Counted from the first letter of the stretch, positions 37,372 to 47,711 are shown. The stretch is 64,000 nucleotides of DNA from an uncultured Pseudohongiella sp. (GCA_965219645.1 OZ244788.1:723341-787340); one strand, 5' to 3'. Numbers and translations: made by a program. Notes: a model not told the origin generated them from the sequence alone.

Positions 37372-38625
37372 ATGGACCATTTTCTCTATCGCGGCGATGA
37401 ACTGTTCGCCGAAGACGTGGCGGTGGCCGGAATTGCGTCCGCGGTGGGCACGCCCTGTTTCGTCTATTCCCGGGCCACCCTGGAGCGGCATTTCCGGGTT
37501 TACCGGGAAGCGCTCGGCGAACTTGCGGGCCTGGTCTGTTTCGCCGTGAAGGCCAATTCCAATCTGGCGGTGCTGAATGTGCTCGCCCGCCTCGGCAGCG
37601 GCTTCGATATCGTCTCCGGCGGCGAGCTTGCGCGTGTGCTTGCCGCCGGGGGTGAGGCGGGCAGGACCGTGTTTTCCGGGCCGGGCAAGAGCGCAGCCGA
37701 GATTCGCCGGGCGCTGGCCGCAGGCATCCGCTGCTTCAATGTGGAATCCGAAGCGGAACTCGAACGCATCAACGAAATCGCTATCGCCATGGACGTCATC
37801 GCGCCGGTTTCCCTGCGCATCAACCCCGATGTGGACGCCCGCACCCATCCCTATATCGCCACCGGCCTGAAAGAGAACAAGTTCGGCATCCCCGCCAGTT
37901 GCGCCCTCGCGTTATATCGCCGCGCGGCCCACTTGCCGGGGCTGCATCCCGTGGGCATCGACTGTCATATCGGTTCCCAGTTGACCAGCGTGGCGCCATT
38001 TCTCGACGCCATCGACCGGCTGCTGCCCATCGTCGGCCAACTTGCCACGGAGGGCATCGCGCTGCGGCATCTCGACATCGGCGGCGGCCTTGGTGTGCGC
38101 TATGGCGAGGAAGCGCCGCCCCAGCCCGATGAATTGATGCGGGCGGTGGCGGGGCGCCTGGAGGGCGGCGGCCTTGAAGTCGTCATCGAACCCGGGCGCT
38201 CCATCGCCGCCAATGCGGGGATTTTCGTCACCGGCGTCGAGTACCTCAAGGAGAATGATTCGCGTCGTTTCGCCATTGTGGACGGGGCCATGAACGATTT
38301 GCTGCGGCCCGCCCTGTATGGCGCCTGGCAGGACATCATCCCGGTCCGCCCCAGGACCGGTTCCGCCGTGGTCTGTGATGTGGTGGGGCCGGTTTGCGAG
38401 TCGGCCGATTTTCTTGGCAAGGAGCGGAAACTTTGCCTTGCAGCCGGCGACCTGCTCGCGGTGCGCGGCGCCGGCGCCTATGGTTTTGTCATGAGCAGCA
38501 ACTACAATTCCCGCACCCGGGCGGCGGAAGTCATGGTGGATGGCGACCGGTTCCATATCATCCGCCAGCGCGAATCCAGCGCCGATCTGTTCGCCCTGGA
38601 ATCGACCCTGCCGGTCCTGGACTGA
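37372..38625 (+). CDS. lysA: Diaminopimelate decarboxylase
   Basis: ATG at 37372 (MDHFLYRGDELFAE). PLP-Lys block CFAVKANSN, then GGGLGV, EPGRSI and CESADF. The 494-aa ORF-track version is over-extended. Confidence 0.95.
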   Translation: MDHFLYRGDELFAEDVAVAGIASAVGTPCFVYSRATLERHFRVYREALGELAGLVCFAVKANSNLAVLNVLARLGSGFDIVSGGELARVLAAGGEAGRTVFSGPGKSAAEIRRALAAGIRCFNVESEAELERINEIAIAMDVIAPVSLRINPDVDARTHPYIATGLKENKFGIPASCALALYRRAAHLPGLHPVGIDCHIGSQLTSVAPFLDAIDRLLPIVGQLATEGIALRHLDIGGGLGVRYGEEAPPQPDELMRAVAGRLEGGGLEVVIEPGRSIAANAGIFVTGVEYLKENDSRRFAIVDGAMNDLLRPALYGAWQDIIPVRPRTGSAVVCDVVGPVCESADFLGKERKLCLAAGDLLAVRGAGAYGFVMSSNYNSRTRAAEVMVDGDRFHIIRQRESSADLFALESTLPVLD

Positions 38626-38658
38626 AATTTTCGGCGCCGAACACTCCGGGCAGCCATC

Positions 38659-39495
38659 ATGCAAATTCGATTCACCAAGATGCACGGGCTGGGCAATGAT
38701 TTCATGCTCGTGGACTGCCGCGAGCGCGAATTCGACTTGCCGCCGAGCCGTATCGCGGCGCTCGCCGACCGTCGCCGGGGCGTGGGCTTTGATCAACTGC
38801 TGGTGCTTGAGGCCAGCCGCGGCCCGGATGCGGATTTCCACTACCGCATCTTCAATCCCGACGGCGGCGAAGTCGAACATTGCGGCAATGGCGCCCGCTG
38901 TCTTGCCCGCTATGTGGCCGACAATGGCCTGAGCCGGCGTAATCCGCTCCGGGTGACTACCGTGAACCGAACCCTGACGTTGCGCCTGCTCGACGATGGC
39001 AATGTGGCCGTGAACATGGGCCGCCCCGATTTTGACCCGCAAGCACTGCCTTTCCGCACTCCGCGCCGCCAGCGCCAGTATCGCCTCGCCCTGGGCGCCC
39101 CGGACGGAGAAATCCGCTTTGCCGCGCTGTCCATGGGGAACCCCCATGCGGTAATTGAAGTTGAAGACCTGGCGAATGCTGCCGTAAAGAGAATAGGAAA
39201 GGCGCTGGGAAATCACGCGGATTTCCCCGCCGGCGTGAACGTGGGGTTCATGCGGGTGGAAAGTCGCCATCGCATCGGGCTTCGCGTGTACGAGCGGGGT
39301 CCGGGAGAAACTCCGGCCTGCGGCAGCGGTGCCTGTGCGGCGGCGGCAAGCGGCATGGCGGTCGGGCGGCTCGACAGTCCGGTAACCGTGGCGCTGGCCG
39401 GGGGAGAACTGCAGATTGAATGGCAGGGCGGCTCGACCCCGGTAATCATGTCGGGGCCGGCGCAGGCCATCTACGAAGGAACCGCAATCCTATGA
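38659..39495 (+). CDS. dapF: Diaminopimelate epimerase
   Basis: MQIRFTKMHGLGNDFMLVD. Catalytic Cys blocks are EHCGNGARC and TPACGSGACA. Confidence 0.95.
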   Translation: MQIRFTKMHGLGNDFMLVDCREREFDLPPSRIAALADRRRGVGFDQLLVLEASRGPDADFHYRIFNPDGGEVEHCGNGARCLARYVADNGLSRRNPLRVTTVNRTLTLRLLDDGNVAVNMGRPDFDPQALPFRTPRRQRQYRLALGAPDGEIRFAALSMGNPHAVIEVEDLANAAVKRIGKALGNHADFPAGVNVGFMRVESRHRIGLRVYERGPGETPACGSGACAAAASGMAVGRLDSPVTVALAGGELQIEWQGGSTPVIMSGPAQAIYEGTAIL

Positions 39496-40223
39496 ACAAG
39501 CACGCAACCGCCGAATCCGGCGCAGCCGGCGAAGAAGCTTTTGAGTTGACCGAAGAGCGGGTTACCGCCTGGCTGGCGGACAATCCCGGGTTCTTTCTCC
39601 GGCAAGAGAAACTCGTGGCCGAACTCGTCTTGCCACATGAATCCGGCAAGGCGGTCTCCCTGCTCGAGCACCAGGCTGCCCTGCTGCGGCAGCGTTTTGA
39701 CAATATCAGCCGCAAGCTTGGCGAGTTGCTCGAAAATGGCCGCCGCAGCGAGCAATTGTTCAATATCAGCCGCCAGCTCGTGCTTGCCCTGATCGAAACC
39801 CGCAATCCGGAGCAGGTCATTGCGGTCACCCGGGGGCATCTGTTCAGCCGCACCGATGTGGAAGTGCTGGAAGTGATCTTTCTCGCTGGCCGGGGCGCCC
39901 TGCCCGAAGGCGGTTTCCGCATCGAGGACGAGGCTGTAATGCTGGACGAATTCAAGGATGTGTTCCGCCTCAACAAGGCGCATTGCGGCCAGCAGCGCGA
40001 AGCGATGCTCAACTGGCTGTTCCCCGAGGGCAGCGCCCGGATCCAGTCCACCGCGCTTTGCCCGATCAATTCCGCTGGCAAACCTCTGGCCCTGATGGCG
40101 CTTGGCCAGCGATCCCCGGACCACTTCACCATCCACATGGAAACACTGTTTCTGGATTTTATTGCCGAAGTCATGGGCGCCATGTTCACATTGCACCTGG
40201 CGCGCCAGGAGCCTGCGCCGTAG
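39492..40223 (+). CDS. DUF484 (YigA-like) protein
   Basis: ATG at 39492 overlaps the dapF stop. Sequence VTAWLADNPGFFLRQEKLVAELVLPHESGKAVSLLEHQ plus a GAF-like C-terminus is the usual post-dapF gene. Confidence 0.8.
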   Translation: MNKHATAESGAAGEEAFELTEERVTAWLADNPGFFLRQEKLVAELVLPHESGKAVSLLEHQAALLRQRFDNISRKLGELLENGRRSEQLFNISRQLVLALIETRNPEQVIAVTRGHLFSRTDVEVLEVIFLAGRGALPEGGFRIEDEAVMLDEFKDVFRLNKAHCGQQREAMLNWLFPEGSARIQSTALCPINSAGKPLALMALGQRSPDHFTIHMETLFLDFIAEVMGAMFTLHLARQEPAP

Positions 40224-40261
40224 GCTCCCAGGCGCTACCAAGCGACCGGGCACAGGCATAC

Positions 40262-43200
40262 ATGGCGAGCGAAAACTCCGACCCGCAAGCAGCACTGGTT
40301 TCCATCATCTGCCGGACCATGGGCCGCCCCGAACTGCGGGAGGCGCTGGCCTCCGCCGCGGAACAGACCCATGCGCCACTGGAAATCGTACTCGTGGACG
40401 CCGCCGCCCGGGGCGAAGCGGCCTGCCGGGACGATTGCGGGGATGTCTCCGCAAGCCTGGCCCTGCCCGATGCGCCATTGTCCCGGCCCGAGGCAGCCAA
40501 TTTCGGCCTCGAACGCGCCCGGGGCGACTATCTGCTGTTTCTCGACGAAGACGACTGGCTGGCGCCGGACCATATCGAGCATCTTCTGGCCTGGCTTTCG
40601 CGGCAGGGCGAAGTGGCCGCGGCCTACAGCGGCACCCGCAAGACCGACCCTGCCGGCAAGGCCACCCTGGAAACTTTCCGGCAGCCCTTCGACCGCTGGC
40701 TGCTCATGCGCGACAACTACATTCCGATTCATTCGATGCTGTTCGCCCGCAGCCTGCTGGATGGCGGCATTCGTTTCGATGAGCGCTTCGCCATTTTTGA
40801 AGACTGGGATTTCTGGCTGCAACTGAGCGAGCGCACGGATTTTCACTACCTGGACCGCGTCACGGCCTTCTATCGTTCTGGCGGCACCTCGGGAGCCGCC
40901 GACCTCGACGATCACCTACAACGATTCGACCCCGAACATAAACTCGGAATCGCACGGTCCGCCATTTACGACAAATGGCTCAAGCGCTGGTCCGGCGATC
41001 AATTGAACCAGTTGCTCGGCGCAAGCCAGCGGGAATGGGTGGACAGCATCCACCGCATCGGCGAGCTTTCCCGGGACAAGCAAAAGGCTGAAAAGCAGGC
41101 GAAAAGACTGCACGCCGAGCGGGATGATTTACGCCGGACGCAAGCCCGGCTCAATACGATGATCCACAGCCTGCAAGCGGCCAATGCGGAACTGCACGGT
41201 GTGGCGTTGGAATTGCGCGCCAATCTCGGCAGCCTGCTGCATTCGCGAAGCTGGAAAATGACCCGTCCTTACAGATGGCTCGGCGCGCTTGCCGGAAAAC
41301 CGCAGCCATTGATGGCTGATTCATTGCAGGCGGCGCCGCAGCCCAGGCCCCGTCCCGCGGAGGACGCCGCAAACAAACAAGGTTCTCCTGTCGGACCGGA
41401 ACCCGCTCCGGCCCGGAAAAACGGCGATTACAAGGCGGCATTCGATGGCAAGGCCGAACAGGCTCTCGCCGACTTTCTGGCCGGCGGCGAGAAACTGGCG
41501 ATTCCCGCTGCCGGGCGCCCGGAACTTTCGGTCTTGCTGGTTTTCCACAATCAGGCCCGCCTCAGCTTGCTCTGTCTGCAGGCGCTGATGCAAAATGCGG
41601 ACATCCCTTTTGAACTGATCATCGTCGATAACGCATCCAGCGACCGCACGACGGAATTGCTCGGCCGGCTGGAAAACATCAAGCTGATCCGCAATGCGGA
41701 GAATGTCGGCTTCGTCAAGGCCGTGAACCAGGGCGCGGAGCTTGCCGCCGCCGATCATCTGCTGCTGCTCAACAACGACGCCTTCATCGAACCCGGCGCT
41801 CTCGGCGCCGCCCTGGCATGCATGGGGCGGGAAGAGCGGGCGGGCGCCGTGGGCGGCAGCATTCGCCTGCTCGATGGCAAATTGCAGGAAGCGGGCAATA
41901 TCATCTGGCGCGACGGCTCCTGCGCAGGCTACGGTCGCGGCGGCGACCCGGAGGACGGCGCCTTCCGCTTTCGCCGCGACGTGGACTACTGCTCGGGCGC
42001 CTTTCTCCTGTTCGCCAGTGAGAAGTTCCGGGAACTCGGCGGTTTCGATGAAGCTTATGCGCCCGCCTACTATGAGGAGTCGGACTTCTGTCTGCGCCTG
42101 CGGCAACAGGGCCTGCGGGTGATTTATGAGCCCGCCGCCCGGGTGCGGCATTACGAATTCGCCAGCGCCGGCGGCATGCGGGCCGCCGCGGTATTGCAGG
42201 ACAAGAATCGCGCGCTGTTCCGAAAAAAACACGCGGAATTCCTGCGAGGCCAGCCGGAAGCCGACCCGAAGCGAATGGTGCATGCACGCACGGCCAACAA
42301 ATATCCCAACCTGCTGTTCATCGACGACGCGGTGCCCCATGCCAGCCTTGGCGGAGGTTATCCGCGCTGCCGCCACATCATTTCCCAGCTGTCGCAAATG
42401 CCGCTTAATGTCAGCTTTTATCCGCTTCATGTTTCGCTTGACGACTGGCGCGAGGTGTATCGGACCCTGCCGGAAAACGTTGAAGTGCTGCTGAACCGGG
42501 GCCGTTCGGGACTTGCCGAACTGTTGCGCGAACGGGCGGGTTTCTACCGCCGTGTCATGATCAGCCGCCCCGCCAATATGGAATTTTTCAGTGCGGTGCT
42601 CGACTCCCTGCCCGGGGAAGCCAGGCAATTCGACGTCATTTACGACGCGGAAGCCGTATTCGCCGGTCGGGAATTACTCTGGCGCGAATTGCAGGGAGAA
42701 TTCATTGACAGCGAAGAAAAGCGGCGCGTAATGGCCGGGGAACTCGACCTCGCCAAGGGCGCATTCGCAGTGACTACGGTATCCGCCACCGAAGCCGAAC
42801 TGTTTGCCCGCCAGGGCCACGAGCGCGTTTTCGTCCTCGGCCACGGCCTTGAGCCCAAAGCGCAGCCAGCGCCATTCGACGGCCGCCGGGGGCTGCTTTT
42901 CGTCGGCGCGCTCAAGCATGAACATTCACCCAATGTGGATTCGCTGCTGTGGTTCGCCTGCAATGTGCTGCCGCTGATCGAGCGGGAACTGCCGGAAATC
43001 GACTTGCAGGTGGCTGGCAATATCGGCGCCCCTTCCCTGACGAGCATCGACCGGTTGAACATTCATCTGCGCGGCAGGCTGGAATCCCTGGATACCCTGT
43101 ATCGGCAGTGCCGGGTATTCATCGCCCCCACACGCTTCGCCGCCGGCATCCCCCACAAGGTGCACGAGGCCGCCGCCCATGGCGTTCCCGCGGTGGTGAC

Positions 43201-43423
43201 TCCGCTGCTCGCGAGGCAATTGGGCTGGCGGCACGAACAGGAAGTGCTGGTGGCGGAGAATCCGCAGGATTTCGCGGCGCAATGTCTGCGACTGTATCGC
43301 GACGCGGAACTGTGGGAGCGGCTCAGCGGGACCGCTGCCGAAGCTGTGGCGCGGGACTGTTCCGCCGAGCGCTTCCGGCAGACGCTGCGAGAGGTGGTCG
43401 GGATCGATCCGGACCCCGGGTAG
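40262..43423 (+). CDS. 1053-aa multidomain glycosyltransferase: GT2, coiled coil, GT2, GT4-like
   Basis: ATG at 40262. The N-terminal GT2 is VSIICRTMGR...LFLDEDDW. The coiled coil is KQKAEKQAKRLHAERDDLRRTQARLNTM...SRSWKMTRPYRWL. The second GT2 is LSVLLVFHN...IIVDNASSD...LLLLNNDA...SGAFLLF. The C-terminal GT4-like Rossmann region is RVFIAPTRFAAGIPHKVHEAAAHGVP. Confidence 0.8.
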   Translation: MASENSDPQAALVSIICRTMGRPELREALASAAEQTHAPLEIVLVDAAARGEAACRDDCGDVSASLALPDAPLSRPEAANFGLERARGDYLLFLDEDDWLAPDHIEHLLAWLSRQGEVAAAYSGTRKTDPAGKATLETFRQPFDRWLLMRDNYIPIHSMLFARSLLDGGIRFDERFAIFEDWDFWLQLSERTDFHYLDRVTAFYRSGGTSGAADLDDHLQRFDPEHKLGIARSAIYDKWLKRWSGDQLNQLLGASQREWVDSIHRIGELSRDKQKAEKQAKRLHAERDDLRRTQARLNTMIHSLQAANAELHGVALELRANLGSLLHSRSWKMTRPYRWLGALAGKPQPLMADSLQAAPQPRPRPAEDAANKQGSPVGPEPAPARKNGDYKAAFDGKAEQALADFLAGGEKLAIPAAGRPELSVLLVFHNQARLSLLCLQALMQNADIPFELIIVDNASSDRTTELLGRLENIKLIRNAENVGFVKAVNQGAELAAADHLLLLNNDAFIEPGALGAALACMGREERAGAVGGSIRLLDGKLQEAGNIIWRDGSCAGYGRGGDPEDGAFRFRRDVDYCSGAFLLFASEKFRELGGFDEAYAPAYYEESDFCLRLRQQGLRVIYEPAARVRHYEFASAGGMRAAAVLQDKNRALFRKKHAEFLRGQPEADPKRMVHARTANKYPNLLFIDDAVPHASLGGGYPRCRHIISQLSQMPLNVSFYPLHVSLDDWREVYRTLPENVEVLLNRGRSGLAELLRERAGFYRRVMISRPANMEFFSAVLDSLPGEARQFDVIYDAEAVFAGRELLWRELQGEFIDSEEKRRVMAGELDLAKGAFAVTTVSATEAELFARQGHERVFVLGHGLEPKAQPAPFDGRRGLLFVGALKHEHSPNVDSLLWFACNVLPLIERELPEIDLQVAGNIGAPSLTSIDRLNIHLRGRLESLDTLYRQCRVFIAPTRFAAGIPHKVHEAAAHGVPAVVTPLLARQLGWRHEQEVLVAENPQDFAAQCLRLYRDAELWERLSGTAAEAVARDCSAERFRQTLREVVGIDPDPG

Positions 43424-43454
43424 CCCGCGCAACGCGGCCACACGCCCGGAACCG

Positions 43455-44165
43455 TCAATACTCCACCGGTACCGCGTCCAGGCTGCGCCAGAGATACCAG
43501 GACGCCACCGAACGCCAGGGCCGCCAGGGTTCGGCAATGGCGATCATTTCCTTCGGCCCCGGGCGCTGGCCGTTATTGAAATGATTGGCGATGGCTTTCT
43601 GGATGCCGATGTCGTCCACTGGCAGCACATCGGGCCGCAGCAAGTGGAAAATCAGGAACATTTCGGCGGTCCAGCGGCCAATGCCCTTGACCTTGACAAG
43701 GCGTTCAATCACCTCCTCGTCGTCCATTTCACCCCATTGCTCCTGTTGCAGCGAGCCATCAAGAAAGCGCCCCGCCAGGCTGAGCAGATAACTCGCCTTT
43801 TGCCGTGACAGGCCGCAGCCGCGCAGGCTCTCCACATCCTCCCCGCCCACCGCCTCCGGCGAAATCCCGCCAAGCCGCCCGAGCATCTTCTGCCAGACCG
43901 ACTCCGCCGCTTTCACCGAAATCTGCTGGCCCACGATCGAGCGCGAAAGCGAGAAGAAAGGATCATGCCGCGGCCGCAGCATCGAGTCACCCGCCCGGGC
44001 GATAATCCCGCCCAGCACCGGATCAATCTCTCCCAAAGCCCGCCGGGCCTCATCCCAGTACGGCGCAGGCCGCTCGTCGCCGCCGCCCATGATTCTGGAC
44101 AAATCCAACTCCTCCGCTGTGCGGTACGCCAGAGTAAAAGCAATGCCGGGGAATGTCCATTGCAT
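43455..44165 (-). CDS. HhH-GPD DNA glycosylase (3-methyladenine glycosylase II / AlkA-like)
   Basis: Helix-hairpin-helix LVKVKGIGRWTAEMFLIF plus catalytic Asp in LPVDDIGIQKA. The start is uncertain (44210, 44165 or 44090). Confidence 0.8.
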   Translation of the reverse strand: MQWTFPGIAFTLAYRTAEELDLSRIMGGGDERPAPYWDEARRALGEIDPVLGGIIARAGDSMLRPRHDPFFSLSRSIVGQQISVKAAESVWQKMLGRLGGISPEAVGGEDVESLRGCGLSRQKASYLLSLAGRFLDGSLQQEQWGEMDDEEVIERLVKVKGIGRWTAEMFLIFHLLRPDVLPVDDIGIQKAIANHFNNGQRPGPKEMIAIAEPWRPWRSVASWYLWRSLDAVPVEY

Positions 44166-44299
44166 TGCAGCCTGTGCATTACAATCTGAATCTCCGGTCT
44201 CTAGCCGCACCTATTCACGAAGGTCAATTGTAGAGGTCAAAGGCATGCAGAACGAACAGATTTTGCTGGAAATGCGGTGAGTCCGGACTGGGACACTCT

Positions 44300-45870
44300 T
44301 TTTTTGCTTGTTCGCCGGCATTTTGGCAAGTAGCACCGCTTCGCAGTGGATTTTCGGCGAGCGCCGACCCAGACCGACGGGTCTGTACAGCAAAACCGGG
44401 CGGAATAGCCGGATCAGGTCACAACCGCGCCGACCGAGCGTGCAATGCGGCGCCAATCGTCGGCGAACGGGGTGCCGAGCGGCAGATGGATGACGATGCG
44501 CCGTACCGACGATTCGATCCAGGCGCCCAGCTTCAGCAAGCGTAGCCGCAAGGTGCCGACCTGGGCACGCGCACACGCGGTCCACCGAGCTTTGAGACGA
44601 AGTTCCCGCATCAGCACATAAGCGGCCGCCGTCATTAATGCCCGGAACTGATTGGCCAGGAAACTGGTGCAACTGGTGCGGTCGATCCGCAGGCCGAGCT
44701 TGAGTTCTTTCAAACGATTTTCAGCGTCGCCACGCGCGCAGTAAGAGACCTCGTAGATGTGCCGCGGGGTGGTCTTCAGGTTCGTGACCAGGAATCTCGG
44801 GTTGTCCTTCGCTTTCCGGCCGAAATGGGTGGTGACTTCCGCCTTGACGATCACCCGGCGCGGGTGCGGCCAACTTCGGGCCCGGTACGTGCCTTCGCCA
44901 TAGCGGCGGGCCGATGTGTGTCCGGCTTCGAAGTCGGCCCGGACATCGTCCAGCAACGGCTCGGCCAGCGCTTCGAGCACCGGGTTCTTCGCCATGCCCA
45001 CCACATAGTCGAGCCGGTTCGCCTCGAAAAACCCATACAACTCCGGACCGGAAAAACCGCTGTCCAGCCGGATGCGCAAGCGCGCCTCCGGAAACGCCCG
45101 GCGCAAGCGCGGCAGCAGTCGCTTCAACACACCGATCGCTCCGTGCCTGGCAACGGCATTGCCAGCGCGCAGGACATAGCAGAACAGATACTGCTCCACC
45201 TCGTCGTCGAACGTCAGGAACCCCGCCAACGGCAGATAACAGGCCGTGTCGTAGAACCCATTGAACAACGTCAACTGCTGGCCGCCATGGGTGGGATCAA
45301 CCGTCGGGTCCAAGTCGATGGTGATCCGCCGCACCCGCTTCTTGCGCCGTTTGTGGCGCGCGATCACCGTGTCCGCCAACGTCTCGGACATACGCAGCAG
45401 GGCTCGGCGCCGGACCGAATTCTCAAACCGCGACAGCGTCGGCTGCGACGCCAGAGACCCGCCCGCAACCGGGTCGCGCCCCACCAGAAGCTTCATCACC
45501 GGATCCTCGGCAAGTCGTGCCGCGTCATTGCCGTCGGCATAGCCGCAGGCAATGGCGAACAGACGCTGTTGAAACAATTCCGTCAGTGTATGCGTGACCT
45601 TCGATTGCTGGCGCTCGTCGGACAAACACGCCGCCAGCGCCGTACTCAACTCGAGCTTCTCGTCGCACGCCTTGAGCAGAACCGCGCCACCATCGGAACT
45701 GGCATGATCCTGGTCAAACTTGGCGACTACCGTCTTTTTCGACAGATTCTTGAACAGAACACCCTGTTTGGTGGTATTGTGTGACATGCAAAAGCCCTCG
45801 GCGCGAGTAAGTGTTTGTTGGCAAACATCATTTTCTCATAACCAAAGGCTTTTGTTTTATTTGTTCGTGA
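44300..45870 (-). mobile_element. IS1380-family insertion sequence (boundaries approximate)
   Basis: A single 457-aa DDE transposase fills the interval. I could not identify convincing terminal inverted repeats or a target duplication by eye. Confidence 0.45.
44414..45787 (-). CDS. IS1380-family DDE transposase
   Basis: The N-terminus VVAKFDQDHASSDGGAVLLKACDEKLELS...FAIACGYADGNDAARL is the hallmark of the IS1380 / DDE_Tnp_1_4 group as I recall it. 457 aa. Confidence 0.88.
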   Translation of the reverse strand: MSHNTTKQGVLFKNLSKKTVVAKFDQDHASSDGGAVLLKACDEKLELSTALAACLSDERQQSKVTHTLTELFQQRLFAIACGYADGNDAARLAEDPVMKLLVGRDPVAGGSLASQPTLSRFENSVRRRALLRMSETLADTVIARHKRRKKRVRRITIDLDPTVDPTHGGQQLTLFNGFYDTACYLPLAGFLTFDDEVEQYLFCYVLRAGNAVARHGAIGVLKRLLPRLRRAFPEARLRIRLDSGFSGPELYGFFEANRLDYVVGMAKNPVLEALAEPLLDDVRADFEAGHTSARRYGEGTYRARSWPHPRRVIVKAEVTTHFGRKAKDNPRFLVTNLKTTPRHIYEVSYCARGDAENRLKELKLGLRIDRTSCTSFLANQFRALMTAAAYVLMRELRLKARWTACARAQVGTLRLRLLKLGAWIESSVRRIVIHLPLGTPFADDWRRIARSVGAVVT

Positions 45871-45880
45871 ATTATTGGGG

Positions 45881-45982
45881 CTAGGAGTCTGCGCCACAGG
45901 AATTCGCGAAAGCGAAAATTCGCTATCGTCGCGCCCCCGACCGATAATGAAAAACTCCATGGATGGAGTTTTTCAGAGAATA
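45881..45982 (+). repeat. Half copy of the CTAG MITE fused to hairpin 2 of the mosaic repeat
   Basis: CTAGGAGTCTGCGCCACAGGAATTCGCGAAAGCGAAAATTCGCTATCGTCGCGCCCCC is the reverse complement of the right half of the MITE. It is followed by GATAATGAAAAACTCCATGGATGGAGTTTTTCAGAGAATA. Confidence 0.8.
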
Positions 45983-46054
45983 CCCAGGAATCTGCCTTTT
46001 TGACTTGCGAAACAAATTTTCCCATGATTTTCCACCCAACAAGGCGAAGCCATT

Positions 46055-47593
46055 TTGCTTGAAGACTCCACCCCGGTAATTGTCGGCGCGGGCCAGTACA
46101 GTGAGCGCAAGCCGCCGCTGCAGGCTCTGCCGCCCATGGGTCTTGCCGCCCGCGCCGCGGACGCCGCCCTCCAGGATACCGGCAGGAAAGAAGGGCTTGC
46201 CGCCCATATCGACACGATGGCGGTGGTTCGCTGCTTCGAGGATTCCCGCAACCGGCCCCGGGACGATCATGGCTTCGGCCGGGCGGAAAACCCGCCGCGG
46301 GCTGTGGCGCGGCGTATTGACGCGAACCCGGCCCGGATGGTTTATGGCCCGATTGGCGGCGATACTCCCCAGACCCTGGTGAATGAAATCGCCCAGGCGA
46401 TTGCCGAAGGAGAAGCGGGCATGGCCCTGCTTGCCGGCGGCGAAGCCATCGATACCGCCCGCACCGCGTCCCGCGCCGGTCTCAGCCTCGATTGGCATGA
46501 GTCCGGCGGTGGTCCGCTGGAGGATCGCGGCATGGGCGCAGTGCTGGCGACTCCGCATGAATTGGCCCATGGCATCGGTATTCCCGTGCAGACCTATCCG
46601 TTGTTCGAAAACGCCATTCGCGCCCGGCTTGGCCACGGTCTGCATGAGCATTTGCTGCACATGGGCCGGCTCATGGCGCCCTTTACCCGGGTGGCGAAGG
46701 ACAACCCCTTCGCATTTTATGGAGAGGCCCGCAGCGCCGGGGAACTTGCCAGGGTCGGCGAAGACAATCCCTTCATCTGTCTGCCGTATCCCAAACTGCT
46801 CAACGCCAGGGACCGGGTAAACCAGGGCGCCGCCCTGCTCATGACTTCGGTGGGTCGGGCGCGGGAGTTGGGCATCGACCCGCGCCGGTGGATTTTCCTC
46901 CATGGCTGCGCCGAAGCAAGGGAAAAGCGGCTCGTCTCCCAACGGGTCAATTATCATTCCTCACCGGCGATTCGCGCCAATACCGCCGCGGCTTTCGCCA
47001 TGGCCGGCAAGACCGTGGCCGACATGGATTTCATCGATCTGTATTCCTGCTTTCCCTCGGCGGTGGAAGTGGCCTGCGCCGAACTCGGTCTGGCGGTCGA
47101 TGATCCAGGGGGCCTGACGGTTACCGGCGGATTGCCGTTCTTCGGCGGCCCCGGTAACAACTACAGCATGCACGCCATCGCCACCCTGTCAGGCTTGCTC
47201 CGGGCGCGTCCCGGCAGTTTTGGACTCGTCACCGCCAACGGGGGCTATCTTTCCAAGCATGCAACGGGGATATACTCCACGGTGCCATTCGCCGGGCCAT
47301 GGCGGAGGCCGGATTCTTCCGCGATGCAGGCGCAAATCGACGCCATGGCCGGCCCGGAGTTCACTGAACAGCCCCGGGGAGCGGCCACGGTGGAAACCTG
47401 GACCGTTTGCTTTCGGCGTGGCGCGCCTGTGCGGGGTATTGTCATTGGCCGATTGCACGATAACGGAAAGCGATTTATCGCCAACACCCCGGCGGATGAA
47501 GCCACATTGCGGCGCCTTGCAGACGAAGGGCAAATCGGTCGCGGCGGCCGGGTCAATGCAACCGGAGAGGGTAATATGTTCAGGCTCGAGTGA
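46055..47593 (+). CDS. Thiolase-like (SCP-x type acetyl-CoA acetyltransferase family) protein with C-terminal OB-like extension
   Basis: TTG start. 512 aa. The N-terminus PVIVGAGQY is thiolase-like, and the C-terminal half contains GGPGNNYSMH in a thiolase-like context. Family-level call only. Confidence 0.65.
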   Translation: MLEDSTPVIVGAGQYSERKPPLQALPPMGLAARAADAALQDTGRKEGLAAHIDTMAVVRCFEDSRNRPRDDHGFGRAENPPRAVARRIDANPARMVYGPIGGDTPQTLVNEIAQAIAEGEAGMALLAGGEAIDTARTASRAGLSLDWHESGGGPLEDRGMGAVLATPHELAHGIGIPVQTYPLFENAIRARLGHGLHEHLLHMGRLMAPFTRVAKDNPFAFYGEARSAGELARVGEDNPFICLPYPKLLNARDRVNQGAALLMTSVGRARELGIDPRRWIFLHGCAEAREKRLVSQRVNYHSSPAIRANTAAAFAMAGKTVADMDFIDLYSCFPSAVEVACAELGLAVDDPGGLTVTGGLPFFGGPGNNYSMHAIATLSGLLRARPGSFGLVTANGGYLSKHATGIYSTVPFAGPWRRPDSSAMQAQIDAMAGPEFTEQPRGAATVETWTVCFRRGAPVRGIVIGRLHDNGKRFIANTPADEATLRRLADEGQIGRGGRVNATGEGNMFRLE

Positions 47594-47601
47594 CCCGGTT
47601 G

Positions 47602-47711
47602 GTCATTCTGCGCGTCCTCCCCGCCGTGGTTGTGCGCGCGTTCCCCGCCGTCATTCTGCGCGCAGTCGCAGAATCTCATTGGGAGGGCACTGCATGAGAT
47701 TCTGCGACTCC
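47602..47711. repeat. GCAGAATGAC palindromic repeat copy (two left arms plus inner stem-loop)
   Basis: The sequence is GTCATTCTGCGCG...GTCATTCTGCGCGCAGTCGCAGAATCTC-N18-GAGATTCTGCGAC. Confidence 0.85.

Noticed and set aside
44211-45880. Terminal inverted repeats for the IS1380-family element (e.g. ATTTTGGCAAGTAGCAC near 44320 versus ATGTTTGCCAACAAACAC near 45811-45828)
   Set aside because: Only about 15/26 positions match even with a gap, which is not convincing. IS boundaries are left approximate.
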